From Octopus sinensis (lineage: Eukaryota), in assembly GCF_006345805.1 (NCBI RefSeq), contig NC_043006.1, forward strand, positions 10,230,001-10,294,000: DNA of 64,000 nt, read 5' to 3'. Below the pieces are notes generated by a model. That model searched no databases. It was not told the DNA's origin and saw only the letters and a program-made list of their open reading frames with translations. Shown here piece after piece: positions 1 to 13,732 of this stretch; positions within the stretch are counted from its first letter, which is position 1; each line of letters opens with the position of its first letter. The position numbers and the translations under genes are program-made.

Positions 1-140
1 ACTGGAAACGGACTATGCCTCAGGCTTTGTAAAATAGTTTGAAGCATATCTAATATTAGCATTTCTCTCCGATTTCCGTAACCTCCAGCCTATGTCTACC
101 ACGGTGAATTATATGCTTACATAATATATTTCTGTAAATA

Positions 141-517
141 AAGCAGCGAGCTGGCAGAAACGTTAGCGCGCCAGGTGAAATGCTCAGCGGTATTTCGTCT
201 GCTGTTACGTTCTGAGCTCAAATTCCGCCGAGGTCGACTTTACCTTTCATCCTTTCGGGGTCGATTAAATAAGTACCAGTTACGCACTTCTGTCTGATCT
301 TGTTCGAAATCTCAGTGTTTAGCCCCTTGTGGGTAGTAAAGAAATAGGTATTTTGTCTGTCTTTATGTTCTGACATCAAATTCCCACGAGGTTGATTTTG
401 CCTTTCATCCTTTTTGGGTCGATAAATTGAGTATCAATTGCGTTGTGGGGTCGATCTAATCGACTGGCTCCCTCCCAAAACTTTTCGGGCCGTGTGCCTA
501 AAGTAGAAAAGAATATC
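141..517 (+). mobile_element. SINE, composite two-module copy (family 1, 'gagctggcagaaacgttagc...' head)
   Basis: Head gcgagctggcagaaacgttagcgcgcc, B-box-like gttctgagctcaaattccgcc and core gaggtcgactttacctttcatcctttcggggtcgat. The same modules recur at 37804-38377, 38751-39128, 42855-43010, 55376-55530 and 63256-63905. Confidence 0.8.
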
Positions 518-720
518 TTCTTTTAAATATTTCACATCTTCTGAAACTCTAAACTCCAAATTTTGTATAGCTACATCGGTGATACTTGGTTACAACAAAT
601 TTGTTTTGTTCTATTTTATTCTAAACATTTAGTAGTTTCCATGGCCGCAACGAATTATAACCAAAATTTAAAACAGTCTTCAACCTATAAAAAATAACTA
701 ATTTTTTAAATATTGTGCAG

Positions 721-830
721 AGCATCACTTCAAATTAAAAATGTTACAGATATATTGAGAATACAAGGTGTTGTAATTACTGTTGTTTATATGTGGAGGT
801 GTATTTTTGTAATAACATGGCCACTTGCAG
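721..830 (+). CDS. Exon of a CPA1/SLC9-type exchanger (TM11 region): ASLQIKNVTDILRIQGVVITVVYMWRCIFVITWPLA
   Basis: cag| acceptor at 720 and |gtatgg donor at 831. One open frame, phase-compatible with the next exon across a 68-nt intron. Confidence 0.5.
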
Positions 831-898
831 GTATGGTTCTAGGAAACGTTGATTAGATTTTGTCAAGTTATGTTTTCAACACCTTGCATTTGTAACAG

Positions 899-939
899 TT
901 TCGACTACTTTCCACTTCGTTGATGCAGTTATCATATCG
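899..939 (+). CDS. Exon (V)STTFHFVDAVIIS, preceding the WGGLRG-type motif of CPA1 TM12
   Basis: aacag| acceptor and |gtaaga donor. DAVIIS resembles NHE1 DQFIIAY and sNHE NAVIMTW. Confidence 0.5.
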
Positions 940-1467
940 GTAAGAATTAAGACGACAGTTACCAGAGAAATAGAATGTAATACAGGAATGAACACCTGAT
1001 CCCCAGAAAGACTACATATTGTTGTATCAGTGTTGGTACTTAAAATGGTCGTATATATTCTGTTACTCTACACTTTTATCTGTATTATATACTCAGTATA
1101 GTCTTTAAAACTACATTAAAAAATTAACGCCATTTTTCATGGATCAAAACTTGTTTTAATTCATCTGTATCAGTGGTTCACAAATAAGATTTTGTTAAAA
1201 TCTATTGCCAATAAGTTCGTTGTACTTTCACTTTTAAATTTATCTTTTTAAAATTCGAATGGATTGGAGGGTGCATCTGTATATCTGAGTATAATACGAA
1301 TCAAAGTCATATAGGGTCAATAGGCAAAAAAAAAATGGATCAGAACCACTGATTTACATGCAACAGAAAAAACCTTCTAAAGCCCGCGTACACTTTTACA
1401 CGTTCGCCGAAGAGACGTTTTTAACACCATATTTCATGTGTAGATGTAGCAACTTTATGCTCATTTC

Positions 1468-1603
<136 letters not shown>

Positions 1604-2336
1604 TAAGCAATATTTTTGTTACTTAAAGTGAGGATAAATCAGCGATTAGCCGCAGAAGCAAATGCTTTCCAGTTTGGGAGATTGTTAGAGCAGATTATCA
1701 AGATGTACATTCCATTTCGTAGTTAATGTCGGAATTAACAGAGTTACCTTGTTCCAAAGATCAAGACTGTTTTGAGGTATTACGTAGTATAAAGGTGATA
1801 TTCTCCAGGACTAGTTCTGATAATGGTCCAATATATATTGCACAATAGAAGAATATCTCATAAATGTTATATTTATTTTCTGCAGCTGTTAAAGTTTTAA
1901 AATTTAATCTCTAAACTTAATTGAGGAAATGTGGTGTTCGTAGTAAACTTTAACGTTATTATACACGTGCGTGTGTGTGTGAATATAAATCCATGTATAA
2001 TATATGAGCATATACATGTAGCTGTGTGTCTGAGTCTGTAGGAATATATGCATATATAGATATAGATAGAAAGGCAAGCAAATAAGCTTTTCTCAGAGTG
2101 TATTTGTGTGAGTATGTATGTATGTATTATGCTTTCAGCACGAACAACGATCATTTAGTTTAGCTAGTGTTTTATTTTATATTTTAATTGGTGTTTGTTG
2201 ACTTAAATGTAGTGTAGTGTCTGACCAAAATATAACGGTTCAAGAGAACCGTATTAACTCCATTGTGTTAAGTGAACCGGCACGAGTAAATTATATTGAA
2301 TAGTCCGATTAATTAGATTTTAATTATAGATTTTAG

Positions 2337-2419
2337 GTCAACGATATTTAGCGTTTGGGTTCAAGATTTGCCAGGATCAATTATTTTATCGTCTCTATAA
2401 CATTGAAATTGTTATGCCA
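2337..2419 (+). CDS. Possible exon QRYLAFGFKICQDQLFYRLYNIEIVMP of locus A
   Basis: ttttag| acceptor, |gtaagt donor, single open frame. RYLA..EIVMP loosely matches RFLA..EISDP. Confidence 0.35.
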
Positions 2420-5400
2420 GTAAGTATAATATAGTACAGCATAACTTTTAAAGTGTGGTCAGAATACAAATTTAGTTGCAAGGCAATATTTGTTCCGAAG
2501 GGAAAAAATGAAAGACCATGCAGCAATATTACCGGCAAATACTCAGTTGCTAAGATTTAATTGAAATCATTTCATCAAAAATCTATTAAGCGACACATAT
2601 ATTTACTGGTGCACCAATACCACATACCATATTGCTTATATATAATATTGCTTGCTCTAGCTACCTCTATTACGTCTATTCTATATTCAGACAGAGTATA
2701 ACAAGGACTACAAATCCTTATATTCAATAATGAAGGGTGTAGTGTGAAGGAGATTCTGTTCCTAGTAATTCGTGTAACCTCCAGAGGTACCCTTGTTGGG
2801 CAGCTGCTTTTAACGATAGCTTCACCCTCAAAAAATAGTAAAACATAAGTAAAGGAAACCAGCGGAGAAAATGATATTCAGTTTGTGGTGAAAATTCTTT
2901 CCGATGACTTTTTGCATATTTGTTTGTCTAGGATTGTAATATATTAAATATAATAATATGAAAAATAAGAAATATTCTCTTAGAAACCTAAGTTTTAAAT
3001 ATATTTTAGTTTAAATTTAGCATTATTTTAATTCGAATTTCATACTATTGAGAATCAAATTTATATATGCGAAAATAAAATATGGAATTGGGAATAAACA
3101 CGAAACAGTATGTAGATGCTAAAACTGTGTGAATAGCTCAGAATATTGATAATACTCATATCATATTATAATAGTTTGCATTGATTTGAATTCTGTTAAA
3201 TAAAACTTGTTTATATAAAGCAGATGCCTCGAAATACACTTGTCAACCTTATTTTATGTCTGTTAGTTTGCTGCAGAGAGCTTAAGTGTAAATCATATGA
3301 ACATTATAACTTTTAGCTTGAAAAAAATATATATTTCAAAAGATACCTATCTGTGAAGTGAACAATAACATTATACCATAATCGTAAATAATACTAAAAG
3401 TGATTTTTTTTCTCTAAATTTAAATTGAAAAAAAGTTGCATATAAGTTTTAATTGCTATGAGGATATTTATAAAACAGCTATTCTCTTTTGTTGTTTTCA
3501 ATTACTTACTAAAACTCAAAAGTCGTAAATTTATATAAGAATGATATTGGAAAGAGACATTAAAACATTGTCAAAATATCATATACGAAAACATAAGAAA
3601 ATTTGTTCAAACTTCCATGACGGATTGCATTAACAATAGGTTAGAATAATCAGTAATCACAGCAGTCGTAGGAAGTTTAGATCCCTTTAGTTTCAAGTGT
3701 AACTCAGCCTTAGAAATTACTTATAACACGCGAACCACACTTCCTATTTCTTTATCTGAGAACAACAACTAGCTACCAATATCTATAAACTGCACCCGAT
3801 AGGATGGCAACAATCTATACTCATACTTCTCTCCGAATAATTGCGTCAGCACTGATATAAACTCTGCTGCCACCGACACTCATCTTCTTCATTACTTTTT
3901 CACTTAATTGTTTTTCTAATCTACAGATTAAATCACTCTTAATCTTCTAATCCTTTCCCCCTACTACCAGCTGAAGATATATACCTTTGTCACAATCTCT
4001 CTGAAATCATACACTTCTTGTTATATTTGTCTCTGTTCTCTTGAATCACTGGATGCTATGATGAGTCACTCCTTGGCTCACACTTAGTCTATTTCAATTT
4101 ATTGGTAGTAAATCCAGATTTCCTACCGAAAACTGTGGTTCGCATGGATTCTGACTTTCTACCTTTTCTAATCTACTCGAGTGGCATCAACTCCACACAC
4201 CTACTTCGTCTCGTGCTGCCTACAAGCAGGCACACAACCTCTCACTTCTCTCTCTTTCTCCCTCTATCTCTTTCTCTCTCGCTATTTATCTATCTATCAT
4301 TCTATCTCTTCTTGCTACTGATCTCTAGCATTCCACATCTTACGATGGATACAATGCTCACTCCTTTTCAGCCTGTACGCCGAGTCGCGAAATTTCCCAC
4401 CAAATGCAACAGACCATAGATTCGTTGTTTCATGGTACCATGTTCTCTCTTCAGAAGAAACTAACAATATGAATTTCTATCTTGAAATTCCTGAATGTTT
4501 AGAAATTAACAGAAAACTTATATAACATACACTCTTGTGCCTATTAACATAAAGAGGCAGCAACACCTACAATCAGAATGAAACATGTAGATATTTCGAC
4601 GTTCCCGTTTTCTTCAATTATATCTGCGTAGAAACGAATGTATCGCAGGCTCTGTCAGTTACAGCTTTTTTTCTTTAGCATTCCTAATGATGGACGTAAA
4701 AGTAATTGCTATTACACAGATCGTAACGTATTTAGAGAGGCGGAATCCAAGATTTTTCCGGTTAGTTGTACATGAAGCGGATCATTTAAGCAAGTCCTGT
4801 TTAGTATTATTTCATTGCTGCTTTAGAAATTATTATTTGTTGGTTTTATGTTTCTTTAAGGCGTTTATATCTTTTTCTTGCGAAAGTTATAGTAATGTAC
4901 CTGAGCTATATTATTAAACGTGTTAGAACTTTAATGAGTACACTGATGCATGCAATACTGCCGCTGGAAAGGATAGATTCTGGTTTAATTACGTGGAACT
5001 TAGACTTTCCATTTGAATGATTAACCGTTTTTACCACTTATATATCATAAGATGTTACGCAGTGAGAACGTACACACGATATTATACTTCAAAACGAAAC
5101 AGACTAACCTCTTTATGATGAATTATGTTTGATAATATATTTAGCTTTTGTTTTTCGTATGTATTAAACTTGGAATATGTGCGTCTCTGATTTGTGTCAC
5201 TGATTTTTGTTTTCTTTTTGAGAGACGTTTTCCCACAAAGGGATGTCATTTAGATTACGGTGTTGAACTTAATTTGGTATACATTAGGGAAACTGTTGGA
5301 GGAACATTCCTGGGTGATAGTCTACGCTTTCTTGTTATTTATTAATTGTTTTCTTTTATTTGCTACTCTTGGAGTATAGAGTTTCTTAGGTTCACTTCTA

Positions 5401-6327
5401 ACATTAAGATAAGTTTGTTATAATTTGAGATATTATTTCTACGTTTTCTAAATAGTTATTGTTTAGCTTGTCCCATTCCTGTTATAATGCGAATTTAAGG
5501 CACAAGCCAGTTGATAAGAGTGCGATAAGACATTTTGAGCTAAGGAAGTTCCTGATGCTTGTAAATATCTGGTTGAGTTAGGGTATTGGTTGAACTGAGG
5601 ATGCATTCAAACCAAGGGCTAAATGGGTTTATTAAATTCATTTAAAATATTTCAAAGAGGGAATCTTTAGCATGTCATACAAATTTCCACTTTGTCACAA
5701 ATGGATTGCATTTAGAGAATGCATGTCAGTCAGTTTCTTTCCTATTTCTTCGAAAAATATGGTATTTCTTGGATTTTGTGCAAATATTAAGATGCGCGAA
5801 AAAATGCACCCATGAAAGTAGAATTAATTAAAATGTATCATCGGAGTACATTCACCAAGAATGTTCTCTTTTGCCTATAATTTTGATGGTACTTTCTCAA
5901 CCGCTGGGCAGCTGATCTCTACAGCAGTGCATGTGCGTACGTACGTACGCACGCATGTATGTATGTATGTATGTATGTATGTATGTATGTATGTATATAT
6001 GTATGTATGTATGTATGTGTGTATGTATGTATGTATGTATAGTGGTATGGATGGGTGGATGTATATAAGTATGAATGTATGAATGTATGTATGCATGTAT
6101 ATATGCTCATATTTGCCCGTAAATATCTGTACATTAATTGCAATCACTTGTAGATTTTTCCTTAAAATCGTATGAATGTATAGCAATAGCAGTATGTACG
6201 TGCAGTGTATGTGTGTGTGTATGTGTACATATGTTTATGTATGCATATAGCTGTGTATATACATATATACATGCATATATATATCTATGTATGTGTGTAT
6301 GTAATGTCTATATATAAATACACACAC

Positions 6328-6375
<48 letters not shown>

Positions 6376-6377
<2 letters not shown>

Positions 6378-6624
6378 TTGTCATATCTCGGAATGCTCAT
6401 ATTACCAGTTTAGCCAATAAAAATACACGCACTATATATTTGGTGTTATTTTGCTTCAGTGTTATCTATTTTTTACATTAATTTTAATCTTATTTCGGCC
6501 AGAGTTATAAGATTAAGATTAATGTTAAAAATAAATAACACTGAATCCAAATAACACCAAATATATAGTGCGCGTGTTTTTATTGGCTAAACTGGCAATA
6601 TGACCATTCCGAAATATAACAATA
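6376..6624. mobile_element. Fold-back (almost fully palindromic) MITE-like element
   Basis: Arms of about 115 bp (tcatattaccagtttagccaataaaaatacacgcactatatatttggtgtt... and its near reverse complement) around a ~15-nt spacer, next to (TA)n. Confidence 0.7.
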
Positions 6625-6773
6625 TCTGTTTCAACACACGACTTTACATAAAAATTCTTGCACAACAAATATTTAAACGTGTATATATATATATATATAC
6701 GTGTGTGTGTGTGGTGTGTGTGTGTGTATACATATATATATATATATATGTATACATATATATAATATATATA

Positions 6774-6815
<42 letters not shown>

Positions 6816-7699
6816 TACACATTCGTCTGTTTGTGTGTTAGTGTGTGTGTATGTTTGTGTTCATGGATAAATGTAATTGTAATTGTTGTAAGCAGATCTA
6901 TTTATGCTTTCTCTCTCAATATAAAGGAGAAAATCTTTTCTCGGAAGACCATATTCAGGCATCAAGCAGAATTAATGGATTCCCCAAGTAATGAATGTAC
7001 CAGAAATTTCCTTTCCAAGCAACCTGAAAAGAAATTGGCATATTTCCAGTTTTAGCAGACACAATTGTAGAATCTTTCTCCCAAGGACATGCTGTGTATA
7101 TCAATTATTTCCAATTCTATCTTACCTGACGAACGGTAAGGCATAATTATCGGACATAGAAAAATGACAGCCATGATCGAATAGCTCGCTGGCTGACTGG
7201 TTGGCGTCAGTAAAAGCAGGTAACTGTCGTATTTTCTCTTTAGAAGTGCGAATAATATATATATCGAGGAATATATCTCCTTCAAATAGTGGTATTACAT
7301 ACAGGATTAAATTGATAGAAAACAACTAAGAAATCCATGCTTCCATACAATTGTTGCTCTAACTTTAATTTATTGATTAATCTAAGCATTTAGATAGATA
7401 GAGCAAACGATAGATAGATAGATAGGTAGATATATAGAGAGAGATAGACAAACAGCTAGATCGATAGAGGCAAAGAGAGGGGGAGAGAGAAAGAGCGAAT
7501 GAAAGAGAGAGTCAGCGATGGAGTCAGACAGACAGAGGTATAAACAGAGGGATAGACAGTCAGGCAGACAGACAGACGGATAGATAGATAGACCGATAGA
7601 CGGATACATACATATTATATATATATTTATTATATATATATATATATACATACAATATATTATATATTGTATATATATATATAATATATATATATATCA

Positions 7700-7732
<33 letters not shown>

Positions 7733-7772
7733 TATAATATATATACATATATATATATACATATATATATAT

Positions 7773-9612
7773 GTAGGCCCTCTAATTGACGAAACTGGCA
7801 CTCTCCAACATAATGCCAAATCCATGGCCGAGATACTGCAGAAACAATACTGCTCTGTTTTCAGCAATCCTGATATGGCCGATCTGGGCTGTATCAGTGA
7901 TGTCAACCCCACACACTATATCGGACATAACGTTTAGTGCCCCTGATGTCTTAGCGGCGATAACGAAATAAAACACAATTCAGCAGTAGGCCCCGATAGG
8001 TTCCCTGCTTGTGTCCTGAAGGTGTGTCGACACCAACTTGCATCTCCCCTTGCTAATCTGTGGAGAAACTCACTGGATGCTGGCTATATTCCAAAAAACC
8101 TTCTGTCCCAGTCTGTTGTCCCAGTTTTCAAAAAGGGAAACAAGTCCCTTGCAGTGAATTACCGTCCGATCTCACTCACCTCTCATATCATCAAGGTATT
8201 TGAGAGGGTGGTGAGATCTCAAATAACCCAATTTCTGGAAAGCAACAGACGGCTGATCTCCAACCAACATGGGTTCCGTAATGGAAGGGACTGCCTAACG
8301 CAGCTCCTGCATCACTTTGAGGACATTTTGAGAGCTTTGGGAGAGGGCTCCAACACCGATGTCATCTACCTTGATTTCAGTAAGGCCTTCGACAGGGTCG
8401 ATCACAAGATCCTATTGAAAAAACTATCCAACATTGGTGTCTCTGGAAAGTTACTGAAATGGATTAAGTGTTTCCTGACAGACAGATCTCAACATGTTGT
8501 AGTTGAAGGGGTAAAATCAAGCCCAGCCAAAGTCAGTAGTGGCGTTCCGCAAGGCACTGTGCTGGGCCCACTTCTTTTCATCATTTACATTAATGACATT
8601 AATGACATCATCAAGCACAGCAACATAAAAATCTTTGCAGATGACTCCAAGCTACAGAAGGTCATAAATGAGGCGAGTGACCGGACATGCCTTCAGTCAG
8701 ATCTACTGGCTGTTATCCAATGGGCAGAAAAAAACAATATGCTGCTGAACGAGGATAAATTTGAGCTAATCCACTTTGGAAAAGAGGATGCCCTGAAACT
8801 CCCATACTCCCTTCCTTCAGGTGAAACTCTCACGGCGTCCAACAACATCAGAGACTTGGGAGTAATTGTGGACAACAACGTAAGCTGGGCCACTCATATA
8901 AACACCAAAGTTGACATGGCCCGCAGAATGTGTTCCTGGATTCTCAGAACTTTCCAGTCGAGAGATATCCACACCATTATCCTTCTCTTCTCCACCTTGC
9001 CCGACCCCACCTTGAATACTGTTGTCCACTGTGGTCTCCCCACACAATACAAGGTATCATAAAAGTCGAAGCACCTCAAAGGGCAATCACAAAAAAGATA
9101 GATGGCATGACAGGCCTCGACTATTGGGGTCGACTAGAAAAGCTAAAACTCTATTCTCTCCAACGTCGTCGTGAGCGCTACATCATCTGCATGATGTGGA
9201 AAATATTCCATCAGCATTGCCCAAATGATGTTGGCATCACCTTTAAGGTACATCCAAGGCTTGGGCCCCGTGCCATCCGCCCAAAACAAAAATCGCACTC
9301 TCATCTCATAACAACAATACGGCACAATTATTTCACCTTAATTGGCCCCGCTCTCTTTAACATTACACCAAAACGCATTAAAACAGAAACTGACCCTATA
9401 GGGTTCAAGAAGTCTTTGGACAGATTCCTTCAAGAAATCCCGGATAAACCCCCTACACCCGGATATGTCTCTGTAAACAATAACTCTCTACTTGAGTGGG
9501 CCATAGTGCCCAAATTTGACTTGAAAGACTTCACCAGGTGGTGCTATTAAGTTAGACATGGCCTGGGCCAATAATGGCCGAAACCTATCAAAGTATCAAG
9601 AGTATCAAAGTA
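7773..9612 (+). mobile_element. CR1/L2-type LINE, 5'-truncated, with RT domain and 3' end
   Basis: NYRPISLTS, QHGFR, YLDFSKAFD, GVPQGTVLGP and FADD motifs; frameshifts near 7965 and 8990; (AAAGTATC)n tail; (TA)n on both sides. Confidence 0.93.
8022..9062 (+). CDS. LINE ORF2 reverse transcriptase (partial; continues in another frame, 8930-9550)
   Basis: 346-aa ORF with non-LTR RT motifs. The C-terminal RPHLEYCCPLWSP/LYSLQRRRER part is in ORF 8930..9550. Confidence 0.85.
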   Translation: MCRHQLASPLANLWRNSLDAGYIPKNLLSQSVVPVFKKGNKSLAVNYRPISLTSHIIKVFERVVRSQITQFLESNRRLISNQHGFRNGRDCLTQLLHHFEDILRALGEGSNTDVIYLDFSKAFDRVDHKILLKKLSNIGVSGKLLKWIKCFLTDRSQHVVVEGVKSSPAKVSSGVPQGTVLGPLLFIIYINDINDIIKHSNIKIFADDSKLQKVINEASDRTCLQSDLLAVIQWAEKNNMLLNEDKFELIHFGKEDALKLPYSLPSGETLTASNNIRDLGVIVDNNVSWATHINTKVDMARRMCSWILRTFQSRDIHTIILLFSTLPDPTLNTVVHCGLPTQYKVS

Positions 9613-9661
9613 TATATAATATATATATACATATATATATATAATATATATATTATATATA

Positions 9662-9750
<89 letters not shown>

Positions 9751-10419
9751 GAGAGATATATATAGAGAGAGAGTGAGAGGACAGATAAGCTGGCATGCAG
9801 ACCGGCAGACACATAGGTATATATTGTGGATGTTTGTGTGTGTTTGTGTTGCGTGTTATATTGGTAAAAGTTATGTTTTCAAACTGACCACACCCTGTCA
9901 TTGATACTTTTGAGGATGTAAATACTTTTGAGGATGAAACATTAGGCCTTTAATATTATGCTAACACATACATGAACAAACCCCACCTCACACACATACA
10001 CAAACACACTCTCTCTAACACACGCACACTCACTCGCCTACATTCATGTATTTGGATGTCACTGTGAGTATGTGAATACAATCTGCTATTTACGTGGTAA
10101 ATCCCGAATATGCATGTCATTTACTGAGCGGAGATGAAAGAATATCTGACGTGTTCGTGTAGTGAGAAGTTTACTCCCCAGTGACATGTTTCCGTTTTCC
10201 GGTCCATTACACTGCTCCGGTCAATTGGTCCTGACTTGTTTCCGTCCGCATAACAGAGTGGTTCGGCAGGAGAGTCCAATAGAACGACTACCAAGCTTTC
10301 AAAAACACAGGCTTGCATTCGTTCGACCGAAACCATTGAATGCAGTATTCCAGTATGTCCACAGTCTAATGAAAGAAACAAGTAGAAGTTAAAAAATAAA
10401 TGTATAAAATACACAGAAG

Positions 10420-10805
10420 TTATGGAAGCACTCCGTCGGTTACGACGATGAGGGTTCCGGTTGATCCGATCAGCGGAACAGCCTGGTCGTGAAATTAACG
10501 TGTAAGTGGCTGAGCACTCCACAGACACGTGTACCCTTGACGTAGTTCTCGGGGATATTCAGCGTGACACAGAGAGTGACAAGGCCGGCCCTTTGAAATG
10601 CAGGTACAACAGAAACAGGAAGTAAGAGTGGGAGAAAGTTGTGGTGAAAGAGTACAGCAGGGATCGCCTCCACCCCCTGCCGGAGGCTCGTGGAGCTTTA
10701 GGTGTTTTCGCTCAATAAACACTCACAACGCCCGGTCTGGGAATCGAAACCGCGATCCTACGACCGCGAGTCCGCTGCCCTAACCACTGGGCCATTGCGC
10801 CTCCA
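10420..10805 (-). mobile_element. tRNA-derived SINE (family 2, tRNA-Arg-like head), full length
   Basis: Reverse complement of the 42286-42670 copy; A box tggcccagtgg, B box ggtttcgattccc. Confidence 0.85.
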
Positions 10806-11097
10806 CACAGAAGTTATACGAGGATGGAATTTCACAAAAAGCTGCAAATGCAAATATAAAACGAACAAACACATAACGTGTATAATTCTACAAAGGAAAC
10901 ATGGTAAATATACGCATGAAAATGATTCTATCAATACATGATACCGTAAAACTAGAATATACACAGGCTGCATTATTACTTGTTTGTGTTATTATTCGCA
11001 GCATTTTCCCCACTTGGTACGCTTGTCTTTCCTATTTACGTACGAATACATTCCATTTAGTTGTGTTGTTCTTATATTAGAATATATATATCTATAC

Positions 11098-11128
<31 letters not shown>

Positions 11129-11428
11129 CGCGTGTGTATATGTGTGTATGTTTTCGTTCATTCATAATATATATATATATATATATAATATATATTATAT
11201 ATATATATATATAAATAGCAGAAGGAAAATGCACACAATTTACACGGTTTAATATATATCTTTTAATATATTTTACAAGTGAAAGCGTATTGTGTTTGTC
11301 GACAGGTTTCCCTTTCACTAATCATAACACTGAAATTATTGTACTTTCGTATTTTTTTAAGAAGATATTAGTCAATATGGAAATGAAATGAATCAAGAGG
11401 TAGAAAAATCTAAAGGGAGGTAATTTGG

Positions 11429-11895
11429 GGTCGTTATTATTCGGGACAGGGGAGGTAATTGTTCATTTTTTGGGAGGGGTAAATAAATATACAAAAACTC
11501 AGAAACTGAAGTAGTGATATGAAATATTTACATTGATGTGTATGCGAACATGAATTAAAATATGTACTGAGATCAAAATTGGTTATGCGTTCATAGAGAG
11601 GTGTGCAGTTAATATCCAACCAAACTTCACAGTTTTCCCCATCTATCAGTGCTAAGAAACAATTTCTATGCAAGAACGTTTAAATAAAGAACATTTATTG
11701 ATCGAAAAATACAGAAAACGATTAAGTATGAACGCATAACCAGCTTTGGCTATGCATATATTTCAATTCATGTTCACATACACATCATTCTAAATATTTC
11801 ATCTCACAACACTAGTTGTTTCATTTTCTATATCCATTTACCCCTCCATAAAAAAAAAGGAACAATTACTTCCCCTGTCATGAATAATAACGATC
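11429..11895. mobile_element. MITE-like element with ~65-bp imperfect TIRs (copy 1)
   Basis: ggtcgttattattcgggacaggggaggtaattgttc... pairs with ...ggaacaattacttcccctgtcatgaataataacgatc. Confidence 0.6.
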
Positions 11896-12405
11896 ACCAT
11901 AAACGAAACTTTTAAAAATGTCTGTTACCTTGCTTTCTTCGTTTACAAGACGCTGTGTATCTATAGTGAAAAATACTGTATGTGGTGATTGGGGCTTGCT
12001 ACAGAATTTCTACTTGGATATGTTCAGGTACGTAAACGTATTCATGACTTTGCATCTGCTTTCTTCCATGGGTATATGCAAGTATCCCATTTATTTGTTA
12101 CCGTGTTCTCCACTGACGAAGGAAAACTCCTTTTGGTTTAATCCAGAAATCGGTCCGATTCGGTGATAACGAAACTTTAAAAACATTATGTTAGCTTGGT
12201 TTCCTCATTTTCAACATGCTGTTTATTTATAGTGGAAAATATTGTACGTGGTGATTGACGATATAAAGTCTATTTCTCAGCATATTGGGATAGAAATTGG
12301 ATTTCTTTTGCTCTTATTTATAATTGTTTATGCATAAATAAGTGTATATGTATATGTGTATATATATGTGTATATATGTATGTACATATATATATAATAT
12401 ATATC

Positions 12406-12441
<36 letters not shown>

Positions 12442-12679
12442 ATATATATTATATATATATATATGAATAGCAGAAGGAAAATGCACACAATTTACACGGT
12501 TTAATATATATCTTTTAATATATTTTACAATGAAAGCGTATTGTGTTTGTCGACAGGTTTCCCTTTCACTAATCATAACACTGAAATTATTGTACTTTCG
12601 TATTTTTTTAAGAAGATATTAGTCAATATGGAAATGAAATGAATCAAGAGGTAGAAAAATCTAAAGGGAGGTAATTTGG

Positions 12680-13146
12680 GGTCGTTATTATTCGGGACAG
12701 GGGAGGTAATTGTTCATTTTTTGGGAGGGGTAAATAAATATACAAAAACTCAGAAACTGAAGTAGTGATATGAAATATTTACATTGATGTGTATGCGAAC
12801 ATGAATTAAAATATGTACTGAGATCAAAATTGGTTATGCGTTCATAGAGAGGTGTGCAGTTAATATCCAACCAAACTTCACAGTTTTCCCCATCTATCAG
12901 TGCTAAGAAACAATTTCTATGCAAGAACGTTTAAATAAAGAACATTTATTGATCGAAAAATACAGAAAACGATTAAGTATGAACGCATAACCAGCTTTGG
13001 CTATGCATATATTTCAATTCATGTTCACATAGACATCATTCTAAATATTTCATCTCACAACACTAGTTGTTTCATTTTCTATATCCATTTACCCCTCCAT
13101 AAAAAAAAAGGAACAATTACTTCCCCTGTCATGAATAATAACGATC
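12680..13146. mobile_element. MITE-like element (copy 2, inside the tandem duplication)
   Basis: Same TIR pair, shifted by 1251 bp. Confidence 0.6.
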
Positions 13147-13631
13147 ACCATAAACGAAACTTTTAAAAATGTATGTTACCTTGCTTTCTTCGTTTACAAG
13201 ACGCTGTGTATCTATAGTGAAAAATACTGTATGTGGTGATTGGGGCTTGCTACAGAATTTCTACTTGGATATGTTCAGGTACGTAAACGTATTCATGACT
13301 TTGCATCTGCTTTCTTCCATGGGTATATGCAAGTATCCCATTTATTTGTTACCGTGTTCTCCACTGACGAAGGAAAACTCCTTTTGGTTTAATCCAGAAA
13401 TCGGTCCGATTCGGTGATAACGAAACTTTTAAAAACATTATGTTAGCTTGGTTTCCTCATTTTCAACATGCTGTTTATTTATAGTGGAAAATATTGTACG
13501 TGGTGATTGACGATATAAAGTCTATTCTCAGCATATTGGGATAGAAATTGGATTTCTTTTGCTCTTATTTATAATTGTTTATGCATAAATAAGTGTATAT
13601 GTATATGTGTATATATATGTGTATATATGTA

Positions 13632-13732
<101 letters not shown>

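Noticed and set aside
1749-1885. Apparent minus-strand exon with good splice sites
   Set aside because: All three frames contain stops before the donor.
3660-4440. Possible old L1/Tx1 LINE fragment on the minus strand
   Set aside because: Composition is suggestive, but no motif could be read convincingly.
6927-7143. S3/S4-like matches for locus A (LGRPY, LADTIVESF, LFPIL..NGK)
   Set aside because: The matches overlap in different frames and compete with alternatives at 14230-14490, so chance similarity is likely. Not used as evidence.
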